The translations under genes were made by a program, and so were the position numbers. DNA of 64,000 nucleotides. Origin: Leptolyngbyaceae cyanobacterium (lineage in GTDB: Bacteria; Cyanobacteriota; Cyanobacteriia; Phormidesmidales; Phormidesmidaceae). A model generated the notes under the pieces. That model was given only the letters and a program-made list of their open reading frames with translations, was not told where the DNA came from and made no database searches. The stretch lies in contig CBDHHL010000056.1 of NCBI GenBank assembly GCA_965263355.1, positions 1,504,001 through 1,568,000 on the forward strand. The letters run 5' to 3'. How positions within the stretch are numbered: position 1 is the first letter of the stretch; each line of letters begins with the position of its first letter. Positions 27,096-38,380 of this stretch are shown in pieces.

Positions 27096-28781
27096 ATGGC
27101 TGATAACCGTAAAAGCCGCGTCGTTACCGAAGGAGTACAGCGCTCCCCCAACCGTGCCATGCTACGGGCGGTAGGCTTTGGAGATGATGATTTTAATAAG
27201 CCCATCGTTGGCCTGGCCAATGGCTATAGCACCATTACCCCTTGCAATATGGGGATTAACACCCTAGCGCTGCGGGGTGAGGCGGCTTTGCGGGATGCCG
27301 GAGCGATGCCGCAAATGTTTGGCACTATTACTATCAGCGATGGGATTTCCATGGGTACGGAGGGGATGAAGTATTCCTTGGTATCCCGTGATGTAATTGC
27401 TGACTCTATCGAAACGGCCTGCACTGGCCAGAGTATGGATGGGGTGCTGGCAATAGGCGGTTGCGATAAGAATATGCCGGGGGCGGTGATTGCGATCGCA
27501 CGCATGAACATCCCCGCCGTTTTTGTCTATGGCGGCACCATTAAACCCGGTCATCTCGATGGCGAAGACCTCACTGTTGTCAGTGCGTTCGAGGCCGTGG
27601 GTCAGTACAGCGCTGGCAAAATCGATGAAGAACGCTTGATGGCTGTCGAGAAAAACGCCTGCCCCGGAGCCGGCTCCTGCGGCGGTATGTTTACAGCAAA
27701 TACCATGTCCTCAGCTATCGAAGCCATGGGGCTGAGCCTGCCCTATTCCTCCACCATGGCAGCAGAAGATGCGGAAAAAGCAGACAGTACAGAGAAGTCG
27801 GCCTTTGTACTGGTAGATGCTATCCACAATCAGATTCTACCTAGCCAGATCCTCACTCGCAAAGCCTTTGAAAACGCTATCTCTGTAATTATGGCGGTGG
27901 GGGGCTCCACCAACTCGGTGCTGCATCTATTGGCCATCGCCCATACCATCGGTGTGGAGCTAACCATCGATGATTTTGAAGCCATTCGTAATCGGGTTCC
28001 TGTTTTCTGTGACCTAAAACCATCGGGACGCTATGTGGCGACTGACCTGCACAAGGCGGGCGGCATTCCTCTAGTGATGAAAATGTTGTTAAAGCAAGGA
28101 TTACTCCATGGCGATGCTCTAACTGTTAGTGGTCAAACCATCGAAGAAGTATTGGTGGATGTGCCAGATACTCCCAATCCTGACCAGGATGTGATTCGTC
28201 CCTTTGATCAGCCCCTCTATGAACAAGGACACTTGGGTATTCTTAAGGGTAATCTCGCTACTGAAGGGGCTGTTGCCAAACTGACTGGCATCAAAAAGCG
28301 TAACATCACTGGCCCTGCCAGGGTTTTTGAGTCTGAGGAAGATTGTCTTGATGCAATCTTGGCGGGCAAGATTAAGGCGGGTGATGTGATTGTTGTTCGC
28401 TATGAAGGTCCAAAGGGTGGTCCAGGGATGCGAGAGATGCTAGCTCCTACATCGGCGATTATTGGAGCTGGTTTAGGAGACTCGGTGGGTTTGATTACTG
28501 ACGGGCGTTTTTCTGGCGGCACCTACGGTATGGTAGTGGGTCATGTGGCTCCTGAAGCTTATGTGGGTGGCACCATTGGCCTGGTGGGAGAAGGCGACTC
28601 GATTACGATTGATGCGGATCAGTTGTTGTTGCAGTTGAATGTGTCGGATGATGAGTTGGCGAAGCGGAGAGAGAGTTGGACTGCGCCGGAACCTCGGTAT
28701 AAGCGTGGAGTGTTGGCGAAGTATGCAACGTTGGTATCGTCAAGTAGTCAGGGAGCAGTAACTGATAAAGATCTGTTCTAG
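27096..28781 (+). CDS. ilvD: Dihydroxy-acid dehydratase
   Basis: [40 protein letters not shown]. Confidence 0.98.
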   Translation: MADNRKSRVVTEGVQRSPNRAMLRAVGFGDDDFNKPIVGLANGYSTITPCNMGINTLALRGEAALRDAGAMPQMFGTITISDGISMGTEGMKYSLVSRDVIADSIETACTGQSMDGVLAIGGCDKNMPGAVIAIARMNIPAVFVYGGTIKPGHLDGEDLTVVSAFEAVGQYSAGKIDEERLMAVEKNACPGAGSCGGMFTANTMSSAIEAMGLSLPYSSTMAAEDAEKADSTEKSAFVLVDAIHNQILPSQILTRKAFENAISVIMAVGGSTNSVLHLLAIAHTIGVELTIDDFEAIRNRVPVFCDLKPSGRYVATDLHKAGGIPLVMKMLLKQGLLHGDALTVSGQTIEEVLVDVPDTPNPDQDVIRPFDQPLYEQGHLGILKGNLATEGAVAKLTGIKKRNITGPARVFESEEDCLDAILAGKIKAGDVIVVRYEGPKGGPGMREMLAPTSAIIGAGLGDSVGLITDGRFSGGTYGMVVGHVAPEAYVGGTIGLVGEGDSITIDADQLLLQLNVSDDELAKRRESWTAPEPRYKRGVLAKYATLVSSSSQGAVTDKDLF

Positions 28782-28821
28782 GCTCAAAAGCCTGGTTCGA
28801 AACCTTAATAAGGGTATTTGT

Positions 28822-28872
28822 GATAGCATCCCTAATCTGCTCAATTTTTATTGATTAATTAGAGATGCTATC
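28822..28872. repeat. Inverted repeat (possible terminator or MITE remnant)
   Basis: GATAGCATCcCTAAT...ATTAGaGATGCTATC. Confidence 0.5.
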
Positions 28873-28940
28873 TACGTATGGACAAACATATGTATCGTTC
28901 AACCTTGCTATTCCCAGATCAGTAAACTGAACTTTAAAGA

Positions 28941-29141
28941 ATGTCAGACCTAACACCTATCGAAAAAATAAAGTTAGAGAAGTTGCTCGATATGGGCAGT
29001 GGCTACGTGCTCAGTTTTACAAATGCGACCTTTCAGGAATTTATCTTAGATACGCTCCAAATCGATATATATGATGAGAAGTATGACGATCGAAGTGGTT
29101 CCAAGGCAAATAGATTAAATAGTTGCCTTCGCTGGATTTAG
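28941..29141 (+). pseudogene. Truncated N-terminal domain of an AbiJ-like / restriction-type defence protein
   Basis: MSDLT.IEK.KLEKLLDM.SGYVL.F.N.TF.EF.......DIY..KY...SGSKANRL, then an early stop. Confidence 0.65.
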
Positions 29142-29193
29142 CCAACGAAGGCAACAACATAGAACTATATAAACAAACGCCTTAACAGATATT

Positions 29194-29304
29194 TTAGGAA
29201 TGGCTGACCAGAGCCATGGCTGAAAACAGACAAACCATGACAATTCCTAAAGCCCAAATCAATTCATAAAAAGCATAGTTTACATTCTCTGGATACGTAG
29301 TCAT
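29194..29304 (-). CDS. Possible 36-aa single-TM small protein
   Basis: MTTYPENVNYAFYELIWALGIVMVCLFSAMALVSHS; hydrophobic helix is the only evidence. Confidence 0.3.
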   Translation of the reverse strand: MTTYPENVNYAFYELIWALGIVMVCLFSAMALVSHS

Positions 29305-29512
29305 CCGGCGACTACGCTCGTTGTCTGGCATTAAAGTCATGGGCCTAAGACTGCTCCTTATATAGGGTGGACTTAGGAAACTAGTGTAGGCAAGCATATT
29401 TGGGGATCATTGCCAGTACCAGAAAAATTTACCTCCCCTAGTCAAATTAAATATTTGGAAACATTTGTTTAAAATCCTGGCATCAGCTGAGTCATTATTC
29501 AGACAATGAAAC

Positions 29513-31522
29513 TTATATTGATTGGGTAATGGGTAATTGAATGATGAAGATGCTGCCTTGTGGAGCATTAGGTTGGAAGGTGAGGCAACCATGATGTTGC
29601 TGAATATATTGATAGGCTACAGCTAGCCCTAAACCCGTTCCTTCTCCAACGGGTTTAGTGGAAAAAAACGGGTCAAAGACTTTCTCTTTAATAGAGAGGG
29701 GAATGCCAGGACCCGTATCGTGAATTGAGACGGTTACCCAATTTTCTGCCTGAGTACAGGTATGAATACTAATTTGCTTTAAGGCATTTTTACTAAGAGA
29801 GTTGATAGCCTCAATGGCATTTAGCAAAATCTGCATGAATACCTGATTTATTGCACCAGGTTCACAGTGTACTAAGGGAAGTTTTTCATAGTCTTTAATA
29901 ATCTTGATGTCATTACCGATACGTGACTTTAAAATCAGTAATGTGTTGTCGAGGCTTCTATTTAAATCAGTTGGTTTAATACCTTGTTCGTGATTGCAGG
30001 CAAACGATTGCAGACTCCGAACAATAGTTTCTATACGCTCTGCACCCTTAGTAACAGATTGCAAGATTTTGGGCATATCCTCCTGGATATAGTCCAGATC
30101 AATTTCTTGACTATAACGGTCGGCTGCTGAAGAAGTCTCTGCTTTTGTCTGTTGTTGGTATAAGCTGATCAGTCCCAAGAGGTCTTTCCCATAGCCCTTT
30201 AGAACATCAATGTTGCCAGTAATAAATGTCAACGGGTTATTAAACTCATGGGCAATGCCTCCCACTAACTGCCCTAGACTAGACAATTTCTCAGTTTGAA
30301 TGAGTTGGGCTTGGGTATGTTTCAGTTCCTGCAATGTGCAGCTAAGTTCATCAGTGCGTTCAGTGACTCGCCGTTCTAGCGTTCGTTCAGCCTGTTTTTG
30401 ACGGCGAACCGCATCAATTAACACTGCAATGGCAATGGTACCAAGGATAAAGATGGAAAGGGCATACCATGTTAGCTGACGATACTGTTGGTAAAACGAC
30501 AGTTTCTGATTGATCAGCACACTGCCAAGTGGGAGATTATGGTGCTTAATATTAAGACGTTCTAATTCTTGAGCATCAAAAATCCATTGGTTCTTGGCCT
30601 TGATAATAGGGTCTACTTGATCAACTGGCATCCCGTCTAACAGTTTTTCGGCAAGCTGAACAGCTTGTTTGGCATGATAGCTACCTTCAAGGACTCTACC
30701 TCCCACCACACCATGACCTAAATCTGCACTACTGACTGTGTAAATTGGGTTTTCTAACTGCGATCGCAATAACTGAATCGTTTCCTCAAAGGGTAACAAT
30801 GCTCCATCTTCATCGCCTGAACGCAGTTGTCCCCGCAAAAACACAGGCCAATCATTGGGATAGCTCCCAAGTGTTTGCTCAATACTGGTGGAAGTGACAT
30901 CCACCACCACTGTAATATCGGGTAGTGTTTTATCATCAGCTTGAATTTGCTTGAGATGCTCAAGATTTGCCTGACCTGTTTCTGTAGAATCGTTGAGAAA
31001 GATAATGTGGTCGGCTTGAGTTTGGCGTGTTGCCTCTAACAGTGTGTCTTTATAACTGTGAGTTTCAAAGACTCCAGTCAACCAAGGAATGGTTAATAAC
31101 TGGTCTTGAACATGATTAATGCCCAGAAAAACAACCGGTAAATCTGGAAAATATTGGTCGCGGTTCGCCAGAACCATATTCAACCCAGGATCGTCTGCCA
31201 CCATCAATACTTGCAGCTCTGTATCCTGATACTTTTTATCGAGATAGCTTAAAAACGCTTGATGATGCCCTAAATCTGGATAACGTTTCGCATCTAAGAA
31301 CTCGTGATACACCGTAACCGCATGGCGACTAGCTTGAAATCCTTCATCAATGCCTTTTTTTCCTTGTGCTGTCCAGGAAAGCTCAGGATTATAAGAATGA
31401 ATAACTAGTATGTTTGAATTATTTTGATGCAGCGATTGGGCGGTAACTGGTGTGGCAAATCCTATAAGCAGGAGTGACAAACAGTAGGCTGTTTTTCGTT
31501 TTAGACTGCTTGTGTGTACCAT
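29513..31522 (-). CDS. Sensor histidine kinase with extracytoplasmic substrate-binding-like domain
   Basis: Signal peptide, [50 protein letters not shown]. Confidence 0.9.
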   Translation of the reverse strand: MVHTSSLKRKTAYCLSLLLIGFATPVTAQSLHQNNSNILVIHSYNPELSWTAQGKKGIDEGFQASRHAVTVYHEFLDAKRYPDLGHHQAFLSYLDKKYQDTELQVLMVADDPGLNMVLANRDQYFPDLPVVFLGINHVQDQLLTIPWLTGVFETHSYKDTLLEATRQTQADHIIFLNDSTETGQANLEHLKQIQADDKTLPDITVVVDVTSTSIEQTLGSYPNDWPVFLRGQLRSGDEDGALLPFEETIQLLRSQLENPIYTVSSADLGHGVVGGRVLEGSYHAKQAVQLAEKLLDGMPVDQVDPIIKAKNQWIFDAQELERLNIKHHNLPLGSVLINQKLSFYQQYRQLTWYALSIFILGTIAIAVLIDAVRRQKQAERTLERRVTERTDELSCTLQELKHTQAQLIQTEKLSSLGQLVGGIAHEFNNPLTFITGNIDVLKGYGKDLLGLISLYQQQTKAETSSAADRYSQEIDLDYIQEDMPKILQSVTKGAERIETIVRSLQSFACNHEQGIKPTDLNRSLDNTLLILKSRIGNDIKIIKDYEKLPLVHCEPGAINQVFMQILLNAIEAINSLSKNALKQISIHTCTQAENWVTVSIHDTGPGIPLSIKEKVFDPFFSTKPVGEGTGLGLAVAYQYIQQHHGCLTFQPNAPQGSIFIIQLPITQSI

Positions 31523-31721
31523 AGGCTGCCTTTAAGAGATATCCATCAGTACAGTGAGTCTCTGCTATATTTCAAGCTTTCTTCTAAATGTGCCCAAATT
31601 ATTCCTCAGTCACACTACTTAGTTACTCTTAAGGAGTACGACATGTATCTTTCAACACATAGCAATGTTAAATATGGCTCACTGCAGTGAGTGTAATAGG
31701 GCAGCAATTCTCAATATGAAA

Positions 31722-31766
31722 AATGATGCATTAATCCTTAAGTATGCCAGGGATTAATGCATCATT
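31722..31766. repeat. Perfect 16-bp inverted repeat downstream of the glycosyltransferase operon
   Basis: AATGATGCATTAATCC-N13-GGATTAATGCATCATT. Confidence 0.7.
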
Positions 31767-31926
31767 ATGTCCTTGCCAACCATGCTCATCTCTTAAAACC
31801 ATCAAGATATTTCGATACCTTAATGAACTAGTAATGACAGACCGCAAAGATCGAAGCGATGATTGGATTATCCAAAAATCATCCTTGCGGTAAGGTAGCG
31901 TCCAAACAACACCCAAGCTTCATAGC

Positions 31927-32949
31927 CTATGCCGATAGAGGTAGTTGGTTAGTTTGATAATAGTCTTTGAACCAGTCTATAAACTTGGGAAGGCCTACTT
32001 CCAGGGGAGTGGATGGTTGAAAGCCAACAACCTGTCGTAGAGGACCGACATCGGCACAGGTTTCTAGAACATCTCCTGGCTGTATTGGCAGCATGTTCTT
32101 GTTAGCTTTAATCCCCAGATAGTTTTCGATTACCTCGATAAAATGCATCAGTTCTACAGGGCAGCCATTACCAATGTTATAGATATGGTAAGGAGCATGA
32201 CTATGGCCAGGGTCAATATTGCCTTGTCCACTGGACTCCGGAATGTGGTGAAGAGTACGCACTACACCTTCAACAACGTCATCTATATAGGTAAAATCAC
32301 GACGCATGCGGCCATAGTTATAAACATCGATAGTGCGTCCTTCAAGGATGGCTTTTGTAAATTTGAAGGGAGCCATATCGGGGCGTCCCCAGGGACCATA
32401 GACAGTAAAAAAGCGTAACCCTGTTGTGGGTAAACCGTAGAGATGACTGTAGGTATGGGCCATCAGTTCATTGGCTTTTTTAGTAGCAGCATAGAGACTG
32501 ATGGGATGATCAACGCTTTGACTGACAGCATAGGGAAGCTGCCGGTTGGCTCCATAGACTGAGCTAGAAGAGGCAAAAACGAGATGTTGCACCTGGTAAT
32601 GACGGCAGCCTTCAAGTATGTTGACAAAGCCCACAAGGTTACTATCGGCATAAGCGTTAGGATTTTCAAGGGAGTAACGTACTCCTGCCTGGGCAGCGAG
32701 ATGAACTACTTGTACTGGCGCATAGTGAGCAAATAATTTATCCAGACCATCGCGGTTAACAATATCAAGGCGGTGAAACTTAAATTGAGGATGAGATTTG
32801 AGCTGGGCTAAGCGTCCTTGTTTGAGCCGTACATCATAGTAAGTGTTGAGGTTATCAATGCCAATGACAGAATACCCTTGTTTGAGAAGAACCTGGGTAA
32901 CATGGTAGCCGATGAATCCAGCAGCACCAGTAACAAGAATGGGTGACAT
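31927..32949 (-). CDS. NAD-dependent epimerase (UDP-glucuronate 4-epimerase type)
   Basis: GGAG RBS before ATG 32949; TGAAGFIG, HLAAQAGVRYS, YAATK, YGPWGRPDMA. Confidence 0.93.
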   Translation of the reverse strand: MSPILVTGAAGFIGYHVTQVLLKQGYSVIGIDNLNTYYDVRLKQGRLAQLKSHPQFKFHRLDIVNRDGLDKLFAHYAPVQVVHLAAQAGVRYSLENPNAYADSNLVGFVNILEGCRHYQVQHLVFASSSSVYGANRQLPYAVSQSVDHPISLYAATKKANELMAHTYSHLYGLPTTGLRFFTVYGPWGRPDMAPFKFTKAILEGRTIDVYNYGRMRRDFTYIDDVVEGVVRTLHHIPESSGQGNIDPGHSHAPYHIYNIGNGCPVELMHFIEVIENYLGIKANKNMLPIQPGDVLETCADVGPLRQVVGFQPSTPLEVGLPKFIDWFKDYYQTNQLPLSA

Positions 32950-32977
32950 GGGAAAATCTCCTAAAGATGACAATGGA

Positions 32978-34069
32978 TTAAATGTTGATACCTTGAACAA
33001 TCGGGCGATGGTTTTTGGGATAATGGATAACGCTAAGGTGACCAGATTTGATGCAAATTTTTGTGCTTTCTGAGGAATGACCACCCAGAGTGTCACTAAG
33101 TAAGGTTTGGATGGTTGTGGTGGGTGCGATCGCAATTCCGGTAATCAAACCTTGTTTAGTACAGAGAGAGTCAGGCCAATCCTGTTGGTAATATTGTAGA
33201 AAATCAACCCCTTCATCTATAAACTTTGCGGTATTTGAGTGGTATTGTAAGAGACCTGGTAAATACTGTTCTCCTGATGCAGTTGAAAAGCAAAAGTCTA
33301 GCTTAATGTTGGCAAGACGTTGGGCCAACTGTTCACAAGTAGTCAATGTGAGATGGTCTATGGCCAGGAGTAACAGTCGTAATCCCCCTTTTCCCGCCTT
33401 AAGCTTGGGCAGAACTTCCTGGATTGGCGAAGTATAGTTTAGCCTCAAAAGGCTTGTATCAGTCCCGCAGAACTGCAATACACTAATACCACAGTTAGAT
33501 TGTTGTAAACAGTGATGATGTTGGGGTGACAGGCCAAGTGCTGTGCTGATTAAAGCATGATTAGTACCACCATGGCTAACCACCAGGATAGTCTTACCAG
33601 AATTCTGAGAAAGGCTATGGTCCCAGAATTTATGGGCTCTTTTATAGAGATCATTGACTGGAAAATAATAACTATTGTCAGTCTGGGGGAGCTGAAACGT
33701 TTCCGGAAAATGTTGCCAGCGATGATAAGCCTCTTTATGATGTTGGCGTACATTTTCATAGGATAGCCCTTCCCACACAGACAAGTCTATCTCTCTTAGA
33801 TAGGAGCTTACTCTAATCGGTATAGGAGACTTTAGCTCCATGGCCTTGAGAATTCTATTGGTGGTTTGTTTAGCTCGCAATAAAGGGCTTGTGTAAACGC
33901 CATCAAGAGATATGCTACGAAGATAGATGCCAACCTGTTTGGCCGTTTGAATCCCTTTTAAGGTGAGGACGGACTGATCAGAGCTACCCTGATAACGCCC
34001 CTGGTCATTAAAGGTACTGCGTCCATGACGAACCAAGATAATCCGACTGATGCGCCGATTAGTTGGCAT
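32978..34069 (-). CDS. Histidine phosphatase family protein (intact domain plus degenerate second domain)
   Basis: LVRHG, SPLLRAKQT, LREIDL..WEG, VSHGG. Confidence 0.9.
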   Translation of the reverse strand: MPTNRRISRIILVRHGRSTFNDQGRYQGSSDQSVLTLKGIQTAKQVGIYLRSISLDGVYTSPLLRAKQTTNRILKAMELKSPIPIRVSSYLREIDLSVWEGLSYENVRQHHKEAYHRWQHFPETFQLPQTDNSYYFPVNDLYKRAHKFWDHSLSQNSGKTILVVSHGGTNHALISTALGLSPQHHHCLQQSNCGISVLQFCGTDTSLLRLNYTSPIQEVLPKLKAGKGGLRLLLLAIDHLTLTTCEQLAQRLANIKLDFCFSTASGEQYLPGLLQYHSNTAKFIDEGVDFLQYYQQDWPDSLCTKQGLITGIAIAPTTTIQTLLSDTLGGHSSESTKICIKSGHLSVIHYPKNHRPIVQGINI

Positions 34070-35897
34070 AGCTCGTCTCCATCAAATAGCTACCGGATTG
34101 CAAGCGATACATTTGGGCATAGCCTCCCCCTTCAGCCATGAGTTGGTCATGGGTGCCGTGCTCTAGGATACGCCCTTGCTCGATGTAGACAATCTGGTCA
34201 GCATGTTGAACGGTGCTCAGATTATGGGAAATCCAGAAGCTGGTTCTACCCTGGGTTAGACGATGCAGCGCCTCGCTGACCAATGCTTCACTCCCACTAT
34301 CGAGGCCTGTGGTAGGTTCATCAAGAATGACAATGGGAGCCTTACGAATGGCAGCACGGGCAATGGCAATGCGCTGACGCTGACCACCGGAGAGGGTAGC
34401 CCCTCGCTCACCCAAAAGGGTGTCATATCCCTGGGGTAACTCCATGATAAAGTCGTGGGCATTGGCCAAACGGGCAGCGGCCTCAATCTCAGCCTCACTG
34501 GCCCCCAGGGCACCATAGGAAATGTTGTCACGGACGCTGGCAGCAAACAGAATACTGTCTTGTAAAACAACGCTGACTTGTTGTCGCAATGAATCTAGAG
34601 TATATTCTCGTAGATCATGGCCGTCGATATATACTCCGCCTTCAATGGGGTCATAAAACCGTAGTAACAGGCTAATGAGTGTGGACTTGCCTCCACCAGA
34701 GGGCCCTACGATGGCCACCTGTTCTCCTGGTTGAGCAGAAAAGGTGAGATTGCGGAGAATTCCTTTTTCTGAATCGTAGGCAAAGGTGACATTTTTGCAC
34801 TGTACATCGCCGCGAAATGGAGGGGCCGTTTGTGCCCCTTTGAGGTCACGCACATCAGGAATGGTATCGAGTAAGGTAACCACCCGCTCACCGGAGGCAA
34901 TAGCCTTGGCAATTTGTCCCGTATATTTAGCCAGCTGACGCATGGGCTTAAAGGCCACTTTTAGGTAGGTCACAAAGACCAGTAAATCCCCCGGCGTGGC
35001 ATGACCGGCCAACACCAACTGTACCCCACGCCATAGCACCATAGCCTGTACAATCGCTACAAGTGTTTCTATCAGACGTTCCTGCCCAGCTCGCAGGCGC
35101 TGGGTCTCAGCACTTTCCTTGAGACTCTTGCGGTTGTTTTTAGCAAAGGTTTGCCCCAAAAAGTCTTGGAGGGAGAGGGCTTGCACCACCTTAATAGCGC
35201 CGATAGCTTCGGCAGCCGAGGCCGCCATAGCCCCTTCTCGCTTACGCTGGGTACGAGCGACCTGATGGATTCTCTTAGACATCTTAGTGGTGGTGAGGAT
35301 GAAAAGGGGAAGAACTGCGATCGCAATCAGCGCCAGTTGCCAATTCAGCCAAAAAATCACCCCTACCATGCCAATTAGCGTGAGAAAATGAGTAATCAAC
35401 GGCAACACCGCTACCACAGTGACTTCCCGCAGTCGTTCAATATCGTAGGTAACGCGGGTAATCAGGTCACCACTCTTAGCACGGTTGTGGAAAGACAGTG
35501 ACAGACTTTGAATGTGACTGTAGAGTTGGCCTCGTATATCTGCCATGACATGGGTCGCTGCTACCGCCATGCCCACTGTACTGAAATAGGCGGCAGCTCC
35601 ACGACCTGCGGCAATTACAACAAGAGCCACTGAAAGCATCGTCAGCACTAGCAAGGGGGAAAATCCCGCTAACGATTCAATATGATGACCGTGAACGTTA
35701 AAACCAGTGGGCAAAATCACCCGGTCGAACATAAGTTTGAGCGGCCAGGGAGCTAACAGCTGTAGCGCAGTTTCTACAATCAGAGCTAAAAAGGCACCGA
35801 TTAGTAATCTGGACTGTTTACGAATGTGAGGCCAGAAACGATGGATGATTTTTTGCAGACCAGGTACAGCTGCTCTCAAAGATTTAGGTTTAGCCAT
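34059..35897 (-). CDS. ABC exporter, fused permease/ATPase
   Basis: TMD with PWPLK; GPSGGGKST, LSGGQRQR, ILDEPT. Confidence 0.95.
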   Translation of the reverse strand: MAKPKSLRAAVPGLQKIIHRFWPHIRKQSRLLIGAFLALIVETALQLLAPWPLKLMFDRVILPTGFNVHGHHIESLAGFSPLLVLTMLSVALVVIAAGRGAAAYFSTVGMAVAATHVMADIRGQLYSHIQSLSLSFHNRAKSGDLITRVTYDIERLREVTVVAVLPLITHFLTLIGMVGVIFWLNWQLALIAIAVLPLFILTTTKMSKRIHQVARTQRKREGAMAASAAEAIGAIKVVQALSLQDFLGQTFAKNNRKSLKESAETQRLRAGQERLIETLVAIVQAMVLWRGVQLVLAGHATPGDLLVFVTYLKVAFKPMRQLAKYTGQIAKAIASGERVVTLLDTIPDVRDLKGAQTAPPFRGDVQCKNVTFAYDSEKGILRNLTFSAQPGEQVAIVGPSGGGKSTLISLLLRFYDPIEGGVYIDGHDLREYTLDSLRQQVSVVLQDSILFAASVRDNISYGALGASEAEIEAAARLANAHDFIMELPQGYDTLLGERGATLSGGQRQRIAIARAAIRKAPIVILDEPTTGLDSGSEALVSEALHRLTQGRTSFWISHNLSTVQHADQIVYIEQGRILEHGTHDQLMAEGGGYAQMYRLQSGSYLMETSYAN

Positions 35898-36002
35898 GGG
35901 GATAACAAGATAAGCTCTTCATTTATTGCGCAGAGGTTTGATAGCGGTTTGATACCATGGACGACCACTTAGCCTGTACAGATGTAAATCATTTGCCTTG
36001 GT

Positions 36003-37046
36003 TTAAGAACTGGTTTTGCCATGCAGACAGGTATATCGCCAAGTAATAAACTGATTCAACTGGCGTTCTAGCTTAATAACAACCTGTTCTAGACTAGGAA
36101 CAGGTTGGCCAAAGGTGAATTTTCGCAATAATGGTCGTAGAAACGCATAATGACGACGATGTCCCAACCGCTTGTAACGCTTCTTAAAGTACTTATCCTT
36201 ATCTAAATTCCACTTGTTACGAAATCGCTTGAGACTTTTAACCTCCCATTCGTCACTCCAGCGCAGCATAAAGAATGATAGATCTGACCAACGGTAGAGA
36301 ATATCGGGCACATAGGTGACAACAGAATCAGGTTCACAATAGATTTTTCCACCTGATTGCATAACAGTGAGGCAAAAATCGATATGCTCTCGGGTACTTA
36401 GCAACTGTTCATCCAAGAGTCCCGTTTTATCAAATACGGATCGCTTCACTAACATGCAGTGAAATTCAGCAAACTCACAGGCCCGTCGCTGAAGCTGATC
36501 TTGCACATCAGTGACAGTACGATTAACAAAATAATGTTTTTCATGCACACGACGACGTACCTTATCACCCTTGAGTTCTGTCAAAATTCTGGCTTCCCCA
36601 CCGGCCAGGTGCACGATTTGGTGCAGTGGTTTACCGATACAGGTGAGGGGACAAACTACTGCGGCGTCCGTTTCTTGGGCACACTGCCACAGCTTGCCTA
36701 ACCAACCCATGGAAACGTGAACATCGTTGTCGATAAACAGTACATAGTCAGTTTTAACTTGGCTCAACCCCAAATTACGGGCCTGGTTAGGCGAAAGAAA
36801 GTAGTCAGTCCGGATCAGGGTAAAATCTCGTTCGGCAGTGGCCTGTTGGAGATAACGCTGGACGGATTTTGGGGAACCTCCATCTACATAAACTAGGTCA
36901 AACGGCAGGTCAGTATATTGATAAATACTCTCCAAAGATTGTTGAGTATAGCTAAACCGTTCCCGTGGAACGACGACAATTGTAATGGTCGGCGGTGATG
37001 AAAGGGCTACTGTGCTGGCAGCAACATGTGTGGATTCCATGGTCAC
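36003..37046 (-). CDS. Glycosyltransferase family 2
   Basis: YVDGGS, ARNLGL, FIDND, EHIDFC. Confidence 0.9.
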   Translation of the reverse strand: MTMESTHVAASTVALSSPPTITIVVVPRERFSYTQQSLESIYQYTDLPFDLVYVDGGSPKSVQRYLQQATAERDFTLIRTDYFLSPNQARNLGLSQVKTDYVLFIDNDVHVSMGWLGKLWQCAQETDAAVVCPLTCIGKPLHQIVHLAGGEARILTELKGDKVRRRVHEKHYFVNRTVTDVQDQLQRRACEFAEFHCMLVKRSVFDKTGLLDEQLLSTREHIDFCLTVMQSGGKIYCEPDSVVTYVPDILYRWSDLSFFMLRWSDEWEVKSLKRFRNKWNLDKDKYFKKRYKRLGHRRHYAFLRPLLRKFTFGQPVPSLEQVVIKLERQLNQFITWRYTCLHGKTSS

Positions 37047-37113
37047 TATTCCTCAAAATTACGATCTGAAAAATTATGGTTTGATGATGGGTCGGATCTG
37101 ATGAGTGAATGAT

Positions 37114-38304
37114 TTAGCCCGCAAGAACGGTAAATTGGGGAGATAACACCTGCTGGTATACCTTGGCCCAGTTTTGTTGTTCGACTGCAGGTACTAGCTG
37201 CTGATATATCGTTGCTTTCGCGGCCTGCCCCAGGCGATGACGCAGTTCCGGTGATTGGGCCAGGGTCAAAATGGCGCTCTTAAGGTCAGAACTCGATCCA
37301 GGCGGCACCACCAGACCGTTGTGGTTATGGTCCAAGATCTCACCGATGGCATCAACGCTGCTACCGACAATGGCGCGCCCTGCCAGCATGGCTTCAAGTA
37401 GTGCATTGGGACAACCATCATGGAGCGATGGAATTGCGTAAACATCCATGTAGCGTAGATAAGCCATACCCTCAGTGCGGGGAACCATACCAGTGATGAG
37501 AGTATGGTCGGTCATGTCGCTGTCGTGAATGGCAGCCTCCCAATAGGGGCGCTCCCGTTCCGCAAAGTCACCCACTAGCAATAGGGTCAGGGGCGTCGTT
37601 TGTTTTATTTGAGTACAAGCATCCAAGAGATATTCTAAGCCTTTTTTATCGCGGAACCGCCCGACTGAGCCAATCACTAGCCCCTTTAATCGCTCGGCTA
37701 GAGGAGGGGTGGAGAGGTCAGAAAAATCTATGGGCTGAATTGAATTTAAGAACGCGCTGGATTTATCTTTGATGGCAGGAACCATTACATGACCACGGTT
37801 TTGTAAATCACGGCTAACGAAAGTAACCCAGTCGGAACTTTCTAAAATCCAGCCAATCTGCCCATGCTGTTTTGGACTAAACACATGCTTGTGCAGATCG
37901 CTACCTCGCACACTGTTAACAACCGGAACACCTTCTTCTTTGGCAAGGAGAGTGGTAATAAAGCCCGTCTCGTTAATAAAGAACGCGTGGAACAGGTCAA
38001 ACTGTTGCTGATAGTGAAGCTGTTTGAGCTGAAAATAAATTTCGCTACGGTAGTCCTGTAAAATAGGTGCATTGGAACGATTGGCTGGAGTCAGACGGTG
38101 CACCTGGATGCCACCCTGGTCAGTGGTGTTACAGGATGAGCGATGGTATCCTTCGACTTTGCGCTGTTTAGAATGGAATACAGCTACGTGGACTTCGTAG
38201 CCCACATCTTGCAGAAGGTTAGCAATGCGGGCAACAGACTCGCCAACGCCACCAACATCGGGGGGAAATTCGAGAGTTGTGATACAAACTTTAGACTGTG
38301 TCAT
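37114..38304 (-). CDS. Glycosyltransferase family 4
   Basis: EFPPDVGGV, VGRFRDKKG, PSLHDGCPNALLEAM. Confidence 0.9.
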   Translation of the reverse strand: MTQSKVCITTLEFPPDVGGVGESVARIANLLQDVGYEVHVAVFHSKQRKVEGYHRSSCNTTDQGGIQVHRLTPANRSNAPILQDYRSEIYFQLKQLHYQQQFDLFHAFFINETGFITTLLAKEEGVPVVNSVRGSDLHKHVFSPKQHGQIGWILESSDWVTFVSRDLQNRGHVMVPAIKDKSSAFLNSIQPIDFSDLSTPPLAERLKGLVIGSVGRFRDKKGLEYLLDACTQIKQTTPLTLLLVGDFAERERPYWEAAIHDSDMTDHTLITGMVPRTEGMAYLRYMDVYAIPSLHDGCPNALLEAMLAGRAIVGSSVDAIGEILDHNHNGLVVPPGSSSDLKSAILTLAQSPELRHRLGQAAKATIYQQLVPAVEQQNWAKVYQQVLSPQFTVLAG

Positions 38305-38380
38305 GTTTATCACCTTAGGGAAATTGGTAAAAAACTTGAATGAAAGAGTTTGATAACAATGCTGGTCAAATTAACCTTAA

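Noticed and set aside
26284..27554. Antisense ORFs over SPFH and ilvD (and similar shadows over hemB, ho1, GH3, pentapeptide gene)
   Set aside because: Shadow frames of real genes with no motifs
28790..28810. GGTTCGAA as a tRNA T-loop
   Set aside because: No cloverleaf or acceptor stem around it
32950..33135. Long N-terminal extensions in the ORF track (also 14697, 39649, 42653, 45409)
   Set aside because: They overlap neighbours or lack homology-like content; downstream starts fit family N-termini, several with a clear RBS
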